Positions 9,007 to 16,756 of a stretch of 32,000 nucleotides of DNA are shown here, piece by piece. Under the pieces are notes generated by a model. The model was given only the letters and a program-made list of their open reading frames with translations. It made no database searches and was not told the DNA's origin. Source of the DNA: an uncultured Nitrososphaerota archaeon (GTDB lineage: Archaea > Korarchaeota > Korarchaeia > Korarchaeales > Korarchaeaceae); contig CAYZRF010000014.1 of the NCBI GenBank assembly GCA_964480775.1, forward strand, positions 18,943 through 50,942, written 5' to 3'. Both the position numbers and the translations under genes were made by a program. The number at the start of each line of letters is the position of its first letter. Position 1 is the first letter of the stretch.

Positions 9007-9294
9007 TCACATTCTAAATTTTTTCATCTCTCCAAATCTATTTTTAACCAGAGAGCCCAGCTCACTAACCGCTTCCTCAGCATCTGGCCCCTCAGCGGTA
9101 ATAACGATGGTGTGACCGCATTCCGCATGCAGAGACAGGACCTTATTAAGGTTCTTAGCGTCTGCTTTTTCCCCATCCTTTTGGACGATGATGTGTGATT
9201 TGAACTTCCTTGCAGTCTCCACAAATAAGGATGCTGGCCTACCACTTAGCCCAAGTTCGTTCATGAGTTTAACTGCGGTTCTTATCCTTGTCAT
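9007..9294 (-). CDS. HPr-like (PTS phosphocarrier fold) protein lacking His15 and Ser46 equivalents
   Basis: It aligns along its full length with the HPr consensus. GLSGRPASLFVETARKF matches GLHTRPAAQFVKEAKGF, DAKNLNKV matches SAKSLFKL, and ITAEGPDAEEAV matches ISAEGEDEQKAV. Confidence 0.7.
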   Translation of the reverse strand: MTRIRTAVKLMNELGLSGRPASLFVETARKFKSHIIVQKDGEKADAKNLNKVLSLHAECGHTIVITAEGPDAEEAVSELGSLVKNRFGEMKKFRM

Positions 9295-9683
9295 TCTTAC
9301 CCTCTTTCTGTTATCAGGCCTACTCTCCTATTTAACTTCCCATTTCAGTAGGATAGAGAATGAGAAGGGAGGTCCTTTCGATAATAAAGATATTAGACTG
9401 GAGCTCTCTTGCTTTTTTGTAGTTCTTAGATCGGGCTTGTTTAGGAAAATAAATGTCCCAAAAAAAGGCGCTCTTTTGGTGGCGATTTCAGGTAATTTCC
9501 CTCAGCTTTTCCTCGATAATCCCTCTTAAACACGTTTAGACACTTTGACTAGTTCTTCATTCTCGCTCGTACATTCTGGTTATTCCAGCTACAAATCCTA
9601 TGTCTGACATCTATTAAGTATACGATCTTTTCTTTTTGTCGAGTTGATATGTGATATGATCCTATAATCCACCAAACGCTGAG

Positions 9684-9953
9684 ATGGTTGACTACAAATT
9701 TATATACATTTCATATGTTTACAAACATGTGAAGTCCAAGACAACTGTTTACAGCATAAGGATTCCAGCGGAGTTAAGGAAGCTGATGGATAGCGTTGAC
9801 GTAAATTGGCAGGAAGAAATAAGGAAGACCATAGAACAGCGTCTGAGGAAAGAGATTAGAAAGAAAATGTTGAAGGACGCAAGAGAACTAAGGGAGAGGA
9901 CCAAGAGAATAAGCTCAGCAGAACTGATAAGGGCGGACAGAGATGCGAGATAA
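9684..9953 (+). CDS. vapB: VapB-type antitoxin (probable true start GTG 9729)
   Basis: SIRIPAELRKLMDSVDVNWQEEIRKTIEQRL parallels TIKVDDELKRKMKTVEINWSEYLREAIRQRI of the 4342 gene. It overlaps the downstream PIN gene. Confidence 0.6.
   Translation: MVDYKFIYISYVYKHVKSKTTVYSIRIPAELRKLMDSVDVNWQEEIRKTIEQRLRKEIRKKMLKDARELRERTKRISSAELIRADRDAR
9699..9706 (+). promoter_or_regulatory. TATA box for vapBC-2 (leaderless GTG start at 9729)
   Basis: TTTATATA lies 23-30 nt upstream of the in-frame GTG at 9729 (VKSKTTVYSIRIPAELRK). The longer track ORF would translate the TATA box itself. Confidence 0.45.
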
Positions 9954-10356
9954 AGCCGTACTTGATACCGGCATCATATCAGCGCTGTTCTTCAAGGAGG
10001 AGATATCAGAGGAGGCCGAGAAAATAGTTGAGACGTACGAAGATTTGATAACCGTAGATCTAGCGATTCCAGAGTTAACTAATGTAGCATGGAAGAGAGT
10101 TCAATTCTTTAAAGAGCCTAAGGAAACGATAGAGGTTAACCTCAGGAAAGGAATTGAGTTCATAGTAAGGGCATGTAATGTAATTAGCTCATTCGAAATG
10201 TACGAGAAAGCTTTCGAAATAGCAATTAGGATGGAGATTACAGTGTATGATGCGTTATTCCTTGCTGCCGCAGAAAAAGAAGGTGCTGACTTCATTACTT
10301 CAGATGGCAAACTGGTTGAGAAGTTGAAAGGGCTAGATTTCGTTAAGTTGGTGTAA
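9943..10356 (+). CDS. vapC: PIN-domain toxin VapC
   Basis: Acidic PIN positions AVLDTGI, IPELTN, VYDALFLAAA and FITSD. Length 137 aa. Confidence 0.8.
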   Translation: MRDKAVLDTGIISALFFKEEISEEAEKIVETYEDLITVDLAIPELTNVAWKRVQFFKEPKETIEVNLRKGIEFIVRACNVISSFEMYEKAFEIAIRMEITVYDALFLAAAEKEGADFITSDGKLVEKLKGLDFVKLV

Positions 10357-10381
10357 CTCTCTTGGTTTCTCTTGGTAGCCT

Positions 10382-10471
10382 CATACTATACAGCTACGGT
10401 TGAAAGAGAAAGTTCGAGCAGAGGTACCAACCTTACACATGAGGGACTATCGGGCTTTATCTATGAAGTGA
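10382..10471 (+). pseudogene. Orphan 3' tail of a different vapC (homologous to the end of 4575-5018)
   Basis: The open frame HTIQLRLKEKVRAEVPTLHMRDYRALSMK* matches ..YKKARKEVSTMHLKDYRALSKR*. The last 16 residues share 10 identities, and nucleotide similarity is visible (aagaaagctcgaaaagaggtttcaacc versus gagaaagttcgagcagaggtaccaacc). Confidence 0.6.
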
Positions 10472-10495
10472 GGGTTTGGCCAAAAATGCGTGCGC

Positions 10496-11206
10496 CTAGC
10501 ACTGAAGGCTTTCAACTCCAGTGGCCTTGAAGAAGTTATCCAGCAGATTGTATGCTAAAGAAGCCATTATCTTTTCCCTAGTCCTATATTCGTGAATAAC
10601 TTGGTCTCTGATTTTGTTCACCAACTTCAATTCATCTGAATACTCTTCAAGCCACCTCTCAAGTTGTTCTAAAGTGATTTCCAGATGAAATTGAAGGCCC
10701 AAGATGTTTTGGAATCTAAAGGCTTGGTTCTTGCAATCTTCTCCCTCAACCAAAAGCCTCGCCTGCCTAGGTACGTCAAAGGTGTCTGCATGCCAATGAA
10801 ATACAGGAAAAACTGTTGGGAAGCTCGCAAAGAATGGATCCTCTTCCCCTTGGGGGGTAAGTTTTACTTCATAGCCCCCGATTTCAGCTAGAGGATTTCT
10901 CCTGACTGCTGCTCCCAGAAGATGTGCTAACAATTGGGCTCCAAAGCAAATGCCAAGACAGGGCTTGTTGAATTCAATGACTTCTTCGATGTACCTGCTC
11001 TCCTTTATCAGAAAATCGTGTTTGTGAATCTCATTTACCGAAATAGGGGTGCCTCCGATGAAAAACGCATCATACTCTTCTAGTGGTGGAAAAGAGCTGG
11101 ATTTGTATGCATGTAAGATATCGTAGTCAATTCTGCGATCGATTAGATATCGTTCATATAGGCCAATTCCCTCTATTTCACAATTCTGAATGACTAAGAC
11201 CTTCAC
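10496..11206 (-). CDS. Class-I glutamine amidotransferase (GuaA-N/GATase1-like)
   Basis: Nucleophile elbow LGICFGAQLLA and His/Glu in LQFHLE. Length 236 aa. Confidence 0.85.
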   Translation of the reverse strand: MKVLVIQNCEIEGIGLYERYLIDRRIDYDILHAYKSSSFPPLEEYDAFFIGGTPISVNEIHKHDFLIKESRYIEEVIEFNKPCLGICFGAQLLAHLLGAAVRRNPLAEIGGYEVKLTPQGEEDPFFASFPTVFPVFHWHADTFDVPRQARLLVEGEDCKNQAFRFQNILGLQFHLEITLEQLERWLEEYSDELKLVNKIRDQVIHEYRTREKIMASLAYNLLDNFFKATGVESLQC

Positions 11207-11300
11207 ATCTCAGTTTGGCCCATTAAAGATTTAAATCCTATTCATCATGCAAGGTAGAACTAGCTTAGGTTTTTGATTTACCTGATAATATGGGGTTGAG

Positions 11301-12323
11301 ATGAAGCTCCTTGTTATAGGGGGGACAAGGTTCTTCGGAAAGCTCATTGTGGAAAACCTACTTAGCGAGGGATTTGATGTCTCGATTTTCACGAGAGGAA
11401 ACATAAACCCCCAGTTCTCGAGATCTGTGAGATATATTAAGGGCAACAGAAGGGATTATCCCTCGTTCATAAGCAAGGTAGGAAAATATGAATTTGATGT
11501 GGTAATAGACAACATCGCGTACAACGGCAGAGATGTTAGGAGTGCAGTCCAAGCATTTAGGGGAAAAATTTCGAGGTACGTGTTGACGAGTTCTACGACT
11601 GTTTACAGGGTGATGAAGTACACCAACCCCGTCAGAGAGGAGGATGCGAGAATTGGCTCGCCTCCAGAAGTGGAGAGGGAAACAAAGGAGCTTCATCAAT
11701 ACAGCTTGGGGAAGAGAGAAGCGGAGGAGGTACTTTTCAGGATTACTGATGAGAATGAGTTCCCGCTCACGATAATCAGGCCTCCAGTGGTGCAGGGAGA
11801 AGGGGATCCTTCGCTAAGGGAGTACTTCTGGATCCAGAGAGTGATGGATGGAGGGCCCGTTCTCATTCCTGATGGAGGTCTGTATCCATTTAGGCATGTT
11901 TACGCTTCTGATCTGGCTAAAACATATGTTTTAGCCTTAGATAATGAAAAATCGGTAAATAAAGCATATAACATAGCCCAAAGGGAGATCCTAACTCTAA
12001 AAGAGTATGTGCAATCGATTTGTGAGGTTCTGGGGGTTGAATTTAGACCTGTTTACGTGCCTAGCGAGTTAGCTGAGAGGGGTATAGGTTACAAGCCTCC
12101 CTATTTCAGGCGCCAGGTTTTGATACCGAATACGAGCAGGGCTGAAGCAGAACTGGGATTTAGAAGCATACCTTTTGCGAAATGGCTAGGAAAGATGGTA
12201 AGATGGTATATTGAAGAGTATAGGGGTCCAGATTCCCCTAGATATGACAAAAGAGGGTTAGAGATAAAGCTCTCTGAGATTTGGCAGAAGAAGAAATTAG
12301 AAATCAAATCTCCGCTTTCTTAA
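11301..12323 (+). CDS. NAD-dependent epimerase/dehydratase (extended SDR)
   Basis: N-terminal GGTRFFG Rossmann motif and catalytic YxxxK (YSLGK). Length 340 aa. Confidence 0.85.
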   Translation: MKLLVIGGTRFFGKLIVENLLSEGFDVSIFTRGNINPQFSRSVRYIKGNRRDYPSFISKVGKYEFDVVIDNIAYNGRDVRSAVQAFRGKISRYVLTSSTTVYRVMKYTNPVREEDARIGSPPEVERETKELHQYSLGKREAEEVLFRITDENEFPLTIIRPPVVQGEGDPSLREYFWIQRVMDGGPVLIPDGGLYPFRHVYASDLAKTYVLALDNEKSVNKAYNIAQREILTLKEYVQSICEVLGVEFRPVYVPSELAERGIGYKPPYFRRQVLIPNTSRAEAELGFRSIPFAKWLGKMVRWYIEEYRGPDSPRYDKRGLEIKLSEIWQKKKLEIKSPLS

Positions 12324-12352
12324 TTAAAATAAGTCGTTAGAAGAGAATAGAA

Positions 12353-12496
12353 ATGTTAAAGGCTATGGGCACCGACATTCATTTTATCCTAGGAAAAAGA
12401 AGAGATCCGACCTTCCTTCTAAGCATTATTCTGTGTGGAATAATTCTGGCTGTAATGTTTTACATTAACTTCCGGCTTTTCAATGTTTTATGGTGA
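12353..12496 (+). CDS. Possible 47-aa single-pass membrane peptide
   Basis: The ATG..TGA ORF MLKAMGTDIHFILGKRRDPTFLLSIILCGIILAVMFYINFRLFNVLW has one hydrophobic helix. It falls below the ORF-track size cutoff, and I saw no other support. Confidence 0.25.
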   Translation: MLKAMGTDIHFILGKRRDPTFLLSIILCGIILAVMFYINFRLFNVLW

Positions 12497-12581
12497 TTTT
12501 AAGACAAGAAAGTCGTTTTTATATACCCCCTTCCTTTGCTGTTATTCGTGTCTGATGTTCTAGAAGACTGATAAGCAAAGC

Positions 12582-12589
12582 TTTAAATA
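12582..12589 (+). promoter_or_regulatory. TATA box for the RHH/PIN operon (leaderless ATG 12613)
   Basis: TTTAAATA lies 24-31 nt upstream of ATG 12613. Confidence 0.45.
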
Positions 12590-12612
12590 AAGTTAGCTGT
12601 AAATCCACATCA

Positions 12613-12849
12613 ATGGAGGAGCGTATAAAGACTAGTTTTGTATTGCCAAAAAGCCTATACATTGAGCTAAAGAAGAGAGCGATTGAGGAAGGTAGAACTG
12701 TTAGAGAAGTTCTCATTGATGCGATTCTGAATTACCTCAGTTCAAAGGGCTCAAGCAGGGAGAGATTGGTAAAGCTCATTCTTTCCGAGGTTCCAGGTGC
12801 TGGACCAGATGACTTGAAGGAGTACGATTACAGTGACTTAGGTGAGTAG
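12613..12849 (+). CDS. Ribbon-helix-helix (CopG-like) antitoxin
   Basis: TSFVLPKSLYIELKKRAIEEGRTVREVLIDAILNYL shows the classic RHH beta-strand plus two-helix pattern. It overlaps the downstream PIN gene by 8 nt. Confidence 0.7.
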   Translation: MEERIKTSFVLPKSLYIELKKRAIEEGRTVREVLIDAILNYLSSKGSSRERLVKLILSEVPGAGPDDLKEYDYSDLGE

Positions 12850-13327
12850 ATTGTGTGCCATGGTCGATACCGAACTATGGAGTATAGCCAAGAAGAAGCC
12901 ATTAGAAGAACGCTTCTCATCGAAAGAAGAGTTCGAAAAAGCGATGAAAATGCACTTAAAGGCAAGAGAATTCTTTTCCAATGAGTTCCCTAGTTTGAGG
13001 GTTTACATGTCTAATCATCAGCTTGCAGAGATATTTCACGTTTTAGCCCTAAGAGGGCTAAGGGTTCCTTTCGAAGAGGCTCTTCGAATAGTTATGGGGA
13101 TTATGGAGGACAACTCGATAGTAAAAGTTCCTGTTAATATTGAAGATGTTAGTAAAGCCTTAAAGGAGAGCGTAGAGACAGGCATCCATGTTTGGGATTT
13201 TCTGTGCTTTTTACCAGTGAAAGATTTTGTTGATACAATCTATTCGGCTGATTCCCATTTCAAGGTGATTGGAAAGAGACACGGGGTCAAGGTTATAAAC
13301 CCTCTCCAATATTGGCTTGAGATCTAA
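12842..13327 (+). CDS. PIN-domain toxin (VapC-like, divergent)
   Basis: Acidic positions AMVDTELW, LAEIFHV, HVWDFLCF and IYSADSHF. It is coupled to the RHH gene. Confidence 0.65.
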   Translation: MSRLCAMVDTELWSIAKKKPLEERFSSKEEFEKAMKMHLKAREFFSNEFPSLRVYMSNHQLAEIFHVLALRGLRVPFEEALRIVMGIMEDNSIVKVPVNIEDVSKALKESVETGIHVWDFLCFLPVKDFVDTIYSADSHFKVIGKRHGVKVINPLQYWLEI

Positions 13328-13664
13328 ATGAATTCAAAGGAAACATTGAATAAGAGTCATCCAATCTCCCATTTTAATTTTGTAAGTTTTAGAAAGCGGG
13401 GAAAGGGCGGTTTTGTAACATGCGCCTGACACCATCTAGATAAGCTTCTCAAAATTTCTTATGCCCTAACACCGTTTGATAGCAAGTATTCATGTACAAA
13501 TAACACAAAGCTAAATTTGGAGATGGGTTGGATTGCACAAATTTGCTAAGTTTTTATTTTCTAATTAATTGCATTAACAGTGCAATGAAGAAAGGGAAGA
13601 GTAAGATCTACAAAACTGACATTCGGAAACTTTACAAACTTCTGGTTAAGAAATCCGTCTTTCT

Positions 13665-14177
13665 TTACTTCTCAGCCTTAAGCTCAGAATACATTCTCAA
13701 AACAGTTTCGGAGATCTTTACTCCCAAGTCAGTCAGGTAGAATCTGCCCTGTTGTTCTGCAAGCCATCCATCAGCAAGCAGCTCTTTAATCAACCTGTTC
13801 TTTCTAAGCTTTATCCCCGTCTTTGGATCTGTTGCTCCAGCTTTTAGCATCTCAGCCAGGAGGATATCCCTCTCATCTGGTTCTGGGAAGAAGTTTTGCC
13901 TGACATATCTCAGCCTTTCCTCCAAAGACATTCCTTCGAGTCTTTTTCTCGTCCCTATTTTCCACTCCCTTCCCTCTCTCCAGATATCAATTACGACCAC
14001 TTTTTCATCCAACTTCTTCTGAACCTCTTCAATAAGTTGAGCTGCTTTAAGGATTGTCTGCCAACTTGCTTGAATTCCCGCCTTCTTTAGATCGCTAGGA
14101 GTCATAACTCCGTTGGTTGGCAGTTTCTCTAGAACCATTGTGATTACATCTGATAAAGAGATCCTGCTTCTGCCCAT
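13665..14177 (-). CDS. Hypothetical protein, probable winged-helix DNA-binding protein
   Basis: The C-terminal LIKELLADGWLAEQQGRFYLTDLG has the pattern of a wHTH recognition helix plus wing. No catalytic motifs seen. Confidence 0.4.
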   Translation of the reverse strand: MGRSRISLSDVITMVLEKLPTNGVMTPSDLKKAGIQASWQTILKAAQLIEEVQKKLDEKVVVIDIWREGREWKIGTRKRLEGMSLEERLRYVRQNFFPEPDERDILLAEMLKAGATDPKTGIKLRKNRLIKELLADGWLAEQQGRFYLTDLGVKISETVLRMYSELKAEK

Positions 14178-14198
14178 ACTTGGTCTATTTGACTATAG

Positions 14199-14244
14199 TT
14201 AACAATTATTTAAATATAGTTGTATAACTTTCAGTTATTGTTAA
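14199..14244. promoter_or_regulatory. Inverted repeat TTAACAAT(30 nt)ATTGTTAA bracketing a TATA-like TTTAAATA upstream of the 13665-14177 gene
   Basis: TTAACAAT at 14199-14206 and its exact reverse complement at 14237-14244. TATAGTT occurs twice between them. The start codon at 14177 lies about 30 nt away. Confidence 0.35.
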
Positions 14245-14436
14245 AAGCAACCTTTTGCATCTAGCAGTTTTTTGTCATAGTACTCAAGTACCAGGGATAA
14301 GCGATTAATGAACTGCTTTCCTTGTCTTCCTATACATTCAATTGCTTTAGATACATTACATTGCTTGTATCGTATATTGTTCCATTACAGTATATTGTTA
14401 TTATTCCTAGTCATATATATGATAACCTTGCTTCCA

Positions 14437-14459
14437 ATATATTCATATATTCTATATTC
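14437..14459. repeat. Short tandem repeat ATATATTC ATATATTC TATATTC
   Basis: Read directly at 14437-14459. The nearby direct repeat GTATATTGTT occurs at 14372-14381 and 14390-14399, each preceded by CATTACA. Confidence 0.6.
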
Positions 14460-14563
14460 TCTTCATGATATTAGCTAGCAATGGGAAAAATTTATTAATC
14501 ATGGTTGCTTTCTGGTGGAGATGCCTTAGGGCATTGAGTAAAATCGTTGGGAGGTGAGAAAAT

Positions 14564-14992
14564 ATGAAGTCGGAGGTGTTGAGGTATTTTGAGAATGAGA
14601 TATTGAAGTTTATCTCAATATTGATAAAGATGACCTACCCTTCGGAGAATTTGGATGGGATACTAGAGGAATTGCCTTCAAAAGTGGTTCAGTTTGAGGA
14701 ATTTTTGGAGTTAAATCCCGAAAAGATTGTTGTTCTGTTTTTGCTTGCCAAAACCGATTTAATTCTGCTTATTTCCTTAAAAGGAAGCGAGATTTATCTT
14801 AGTTCTGTTATAATTAGATATGCAGAAGAAGGGGAGTTAACGTATACGGAGAGAGCGTATTCACTCTACGAATTCTTTGAAGAGGAGATTGGGCCAAAGT
14901 TGAATTCAGAGATAGTCCTATCGACTATGATCTTGGTAGAAGATCACCTTACCATCAAAACGGTGAATGGATTACCTGACTACCGGTGGTAA
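14564..14992 (+). CDS. Hypothetical protein (142 aa), first gene of a two-gene operon
   Basis: A strong Shine-Dalgarno-like GGAGGTGA sits 7 nt upstream of the ATG. I recognised no family. Confidence 0.5.
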   Translation: MKSEVLRYFENEILKFISILIKMTYPSENLDGILEELPSKVVQFEEFLELNPEKIVVLFLLAKTDLILLISLKGSEIYLSSVIIRYAEEGELTYTERAYSLYEFFEEEIGPKLNSEIVLSTMILVEDHLTIKTVNGLPDYRW

Positions 14993-14993
14993 A

Positions 14994-15263
14994 ATGCATC
15001 ACCAGCTACAAGAATACGAAATAGAGGTGCTAAGAAGGATATATCTTAAAGACATCATAGGCAAAGAGTATAGACCCATAGAACTTGTTGAGAGAATTAT
15101 AAAGTGGAATGAAATCTCCTCTAAGTTTAGAATAAGGAAAGGATTCAAGAGGGTAGCGAAGAGGTTAGTAGGTTTGGGATATCTATCCAATCACGATAAA
15201 AGCATGAGCGTTATTTCTATCACTAAGAAAGGCGTTTTGTTAGTTGAAAGTCTAGAAGGATGA
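14994..15263 (+). CDS. Small winged-helix protein (probable start ATG 14994, 1 nt after the upstream stop)
   Basis: RVAKRLVGLGYLSNHDKSMSVISITKKGVLLVESL shows a MarR/wHTH-like recognition helix plus wing. The track ORF 14967 is in the same frame. Confidence 0.45.
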   Translation: MHHQLQEYEIEVLRRIYLKDIIGKEYRPIELVERIIKWNEISSKFRIRKGFKRVAKRLVGLGYLSNHDKSMSVISITKKGVLLVESLEG

Positions 15264-16268
15264 TTAAGAACCTTTTCTCAATTGGAGAAACTTCTTTACG
15301 TTCTTTATTTGTTCTTCATTAAGCTTTTTCATCATTTCTATTATGATTTCATCCTTGCCATAATGGAATTTCTTATGGCACGTTGGGCATACAACAACGA
15401 TGTTGTCAAGGCTATCCAATCCACCATATTCTAAAGGGAGCAGGTGGTGTATCTCGGAATACCTTCCTCCATCGTATCTCTCAAATGTCTGTCCACAAAT
15501 CTGACAGACATCATTGTATTTTTCCTTTAATAGAGCTCTTAACGTCATGTTTCGTTTGTAATACGTTGTTCTTCTCGCAACGCGTTCTGGCACTTTCTCT
15601 CTGAACTCCTTTAACCTCTCCTCAATTATCTTGATCTTAAGTTCTTTTGGAATTCCACCTATCTCTCTTAGAATCTGTTTTCTCCTTTCCTCAACTAATT
15701 CCTGCTCTTCGCTTTCATCTAGAGAGTAGTAAGGTAGTGGTTCACCTACATATTTTACACAAGCCTTGTTGAGAAGTTCTAGCAATTCTTCGGGACATTT
15801 GGTGAGGTACTTGCCCTGTGCGAGTACAAGTCTATTATCGTAGAATAGATCATCATATCTTCTAAGCATTCTCCTGAAATCAATGATAAATTCTTCATCT
15901 CTTAGAACGGCGACTATGGGTATTTCATTACTTAGTTCCTGGAAGTTTATAAGAGAAATAAAAAATCCTTTTGGTTTCTTTCCTGCTTTGACGAATTTGT
16001 TGTACCAGTGAGTATTTGGAGGCATCATAAATTCTTCATAGGATTTTTCGACTATTGATACGCCTACTATCTTAAATTTTTCTTTACTCGTTCTGGATTC
16101 TCTAGTAATATGAATAATTTTATCTCCTTCCCTTACTTTTCTCATGTTATAGTAAATGTCCTTGCCGTCAACACTGCTTTGTGGAGACCATAGGGAATGT
16201 CCTAACCCATATTTTTCATCAATGTCTTCTCCTCTGCCCTTGAAATAGGTCTTTTCAATCCACCACAT
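15264..16268 (-). CDS. HNH endonuclease with N-terminal beta-barrel reader-like domain (COG3183/McrA-like type IV restriction candidate)
   Basis: C-terminal HNH motif CQICGQTF..SEIHHLLPLEYGGLDSLDNIVVVCPTCHKKFH. The N-terminal LWSPQSSVDGKDIYYNMRKVREGDKIIHI resembles EVE/PUA-type modules fused to restriction nucleases. Confidence 0.75.
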   Translation of the reverse strand: MWWIEKTYFKGRGEDIDEKYGLGHSLWSPQSSVDGKDIYYNMRKVREGDKIIHITRESRTSKEKFKIVGVSIVEKSYEEFMMPPNTHWYNKFVKAGKKPKGFFISLINFQELSNEIPIVAVLRDEEFIIDFRRMLRRYDDLFYDNRLVLAQGKYLTKCPEELLELLNKACVKYVGEPLPYYSLDESEEQELVEERRKQILREIGGIPKELKIKIIEERLKEFREKVPERVARRTTYYKRNMTLRALLKEKYNDVCQICGQTFERYDGGRYSEIHHLLPLEYGGLDSLDNIVVVCPTCHKKFHYGKDEIIIEMMKKLNEEQIKNVKKFLQLRKGS

Positions 16269-16378
16269 TTTGGATACCTCGTTTTGAAGCTAAACGATTA
16301 ATGCTCATAGATCTGTGAATCGATTTCATAAAAACTTCTGCAAAGGTATGGGTGTCTTTACTAAGGACTTCATCACTG

Positions 16379-16386
16379 ATTTTAAG
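16379..16386 (+). promoter_or_regulatory. TATA-like box upstream of the MazG gene
   Basis: ATTTTAAG lies 23-30 nt upstream of ATG 16409. Confidence 0.3.
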
Positions 16387-16405
16387 GAATTAGAAACAAA
16401 GGTCG

Positions 16406-16756
16406 TTGATGGATCTAGAAATCACTTTTGAGGAAGCTAAAAGACTTGTGGCCAAGTTTAGGGATGAAAGGGAATGGTTGAAATATCACACGCCTAAGAA
16501 TTTGGCTGAATCCATAGTAATAGAGACGGCTGAGCTTTTAGAGCTTTTTCAATGGAAAACGGAGGAGGAATGTTTAGAGTACGGAAAAAGTGCAGAAGGT
16601 AGGAAAAGAATAGCTGAAGAGCTTGCAGATGTGGTGATATATGCACTTTCCTTAGCTGATGTACTGGAAATAGATTTAGGTCTCGCTGTCTTGGAGAAAC
16701 TTGAAGAAGATAAGAAAAAGTATCCTACAGAGAAGTTTAGGGGGAAATATGCCTAG
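16406..16756 (+). CDS. MazG-type (all-alpha) nucleoside-triphosphate pyrophosphohydrolase
   Basis: FRDEREWLKYHTPKNLAESIVIETAELLELFQWK and ELADVVIYALSLADVLEIDL give the EExxE/ExxD metal-binding helix pattern of small MazG/dCTPase-like enzymes. The ATG is at 16409. Confidence 0.8.
   Translation: MMDLEITFEEAKRLVAKFRDEREWLKYHTPKNLAESIVIETAELLELFQWKTEEECLEYGKSAEGRKRIAEELADVVIYALSLADVLEIDLGLAVLEKLEEDKKKYPTEKFRGKYA

Noticed and set aside
9024-9529. ORFs 9024-9245(-) and 9188-9529(+)
   Set aside because: The first is an alternative frame of the HPr-like gene. The second starts antisense within it and runs through the promoter spacer, giving a hydrophobic low-complexity product.
9340-9650. Fragmentary - strand frames upstream of the HPr-like gene (for example MSDIGFVAGITRMYERE*, ..IIEEKLREIT*, ..AFFWDIYFPKQARSKNYKKARELQSNIF..)
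   Set aside because: They might be debris of a lost gene. The pieces are short, I could not connect them collinearly, and I could not relate them to any family.
10101-12716. ORFs 10101-10310(-), 10685-10891(+), 11231-11446(-), 11358-11699(-), 12101-12307(-), 12519-12716(-)
   Set aside because: All lie antisense to well-supported genes (vapC, GATase, epimerase, RHH antitoxin) or span their promoters.
13528-14090. ORFs 13528-13740(+) and 13896-14090(+)
   Set aside because: The first lies in an AT-rich spacer, has a Lys/Leu/Ser-rich low-complexity product and overlaps the 3' end of the wHTH gene. The second is antisense to that gene.
14999-15604. ORFs 14999-15190(-) and 15383-15604(+)
   Set aside because: Antisense to the wHTH and HNH genes.
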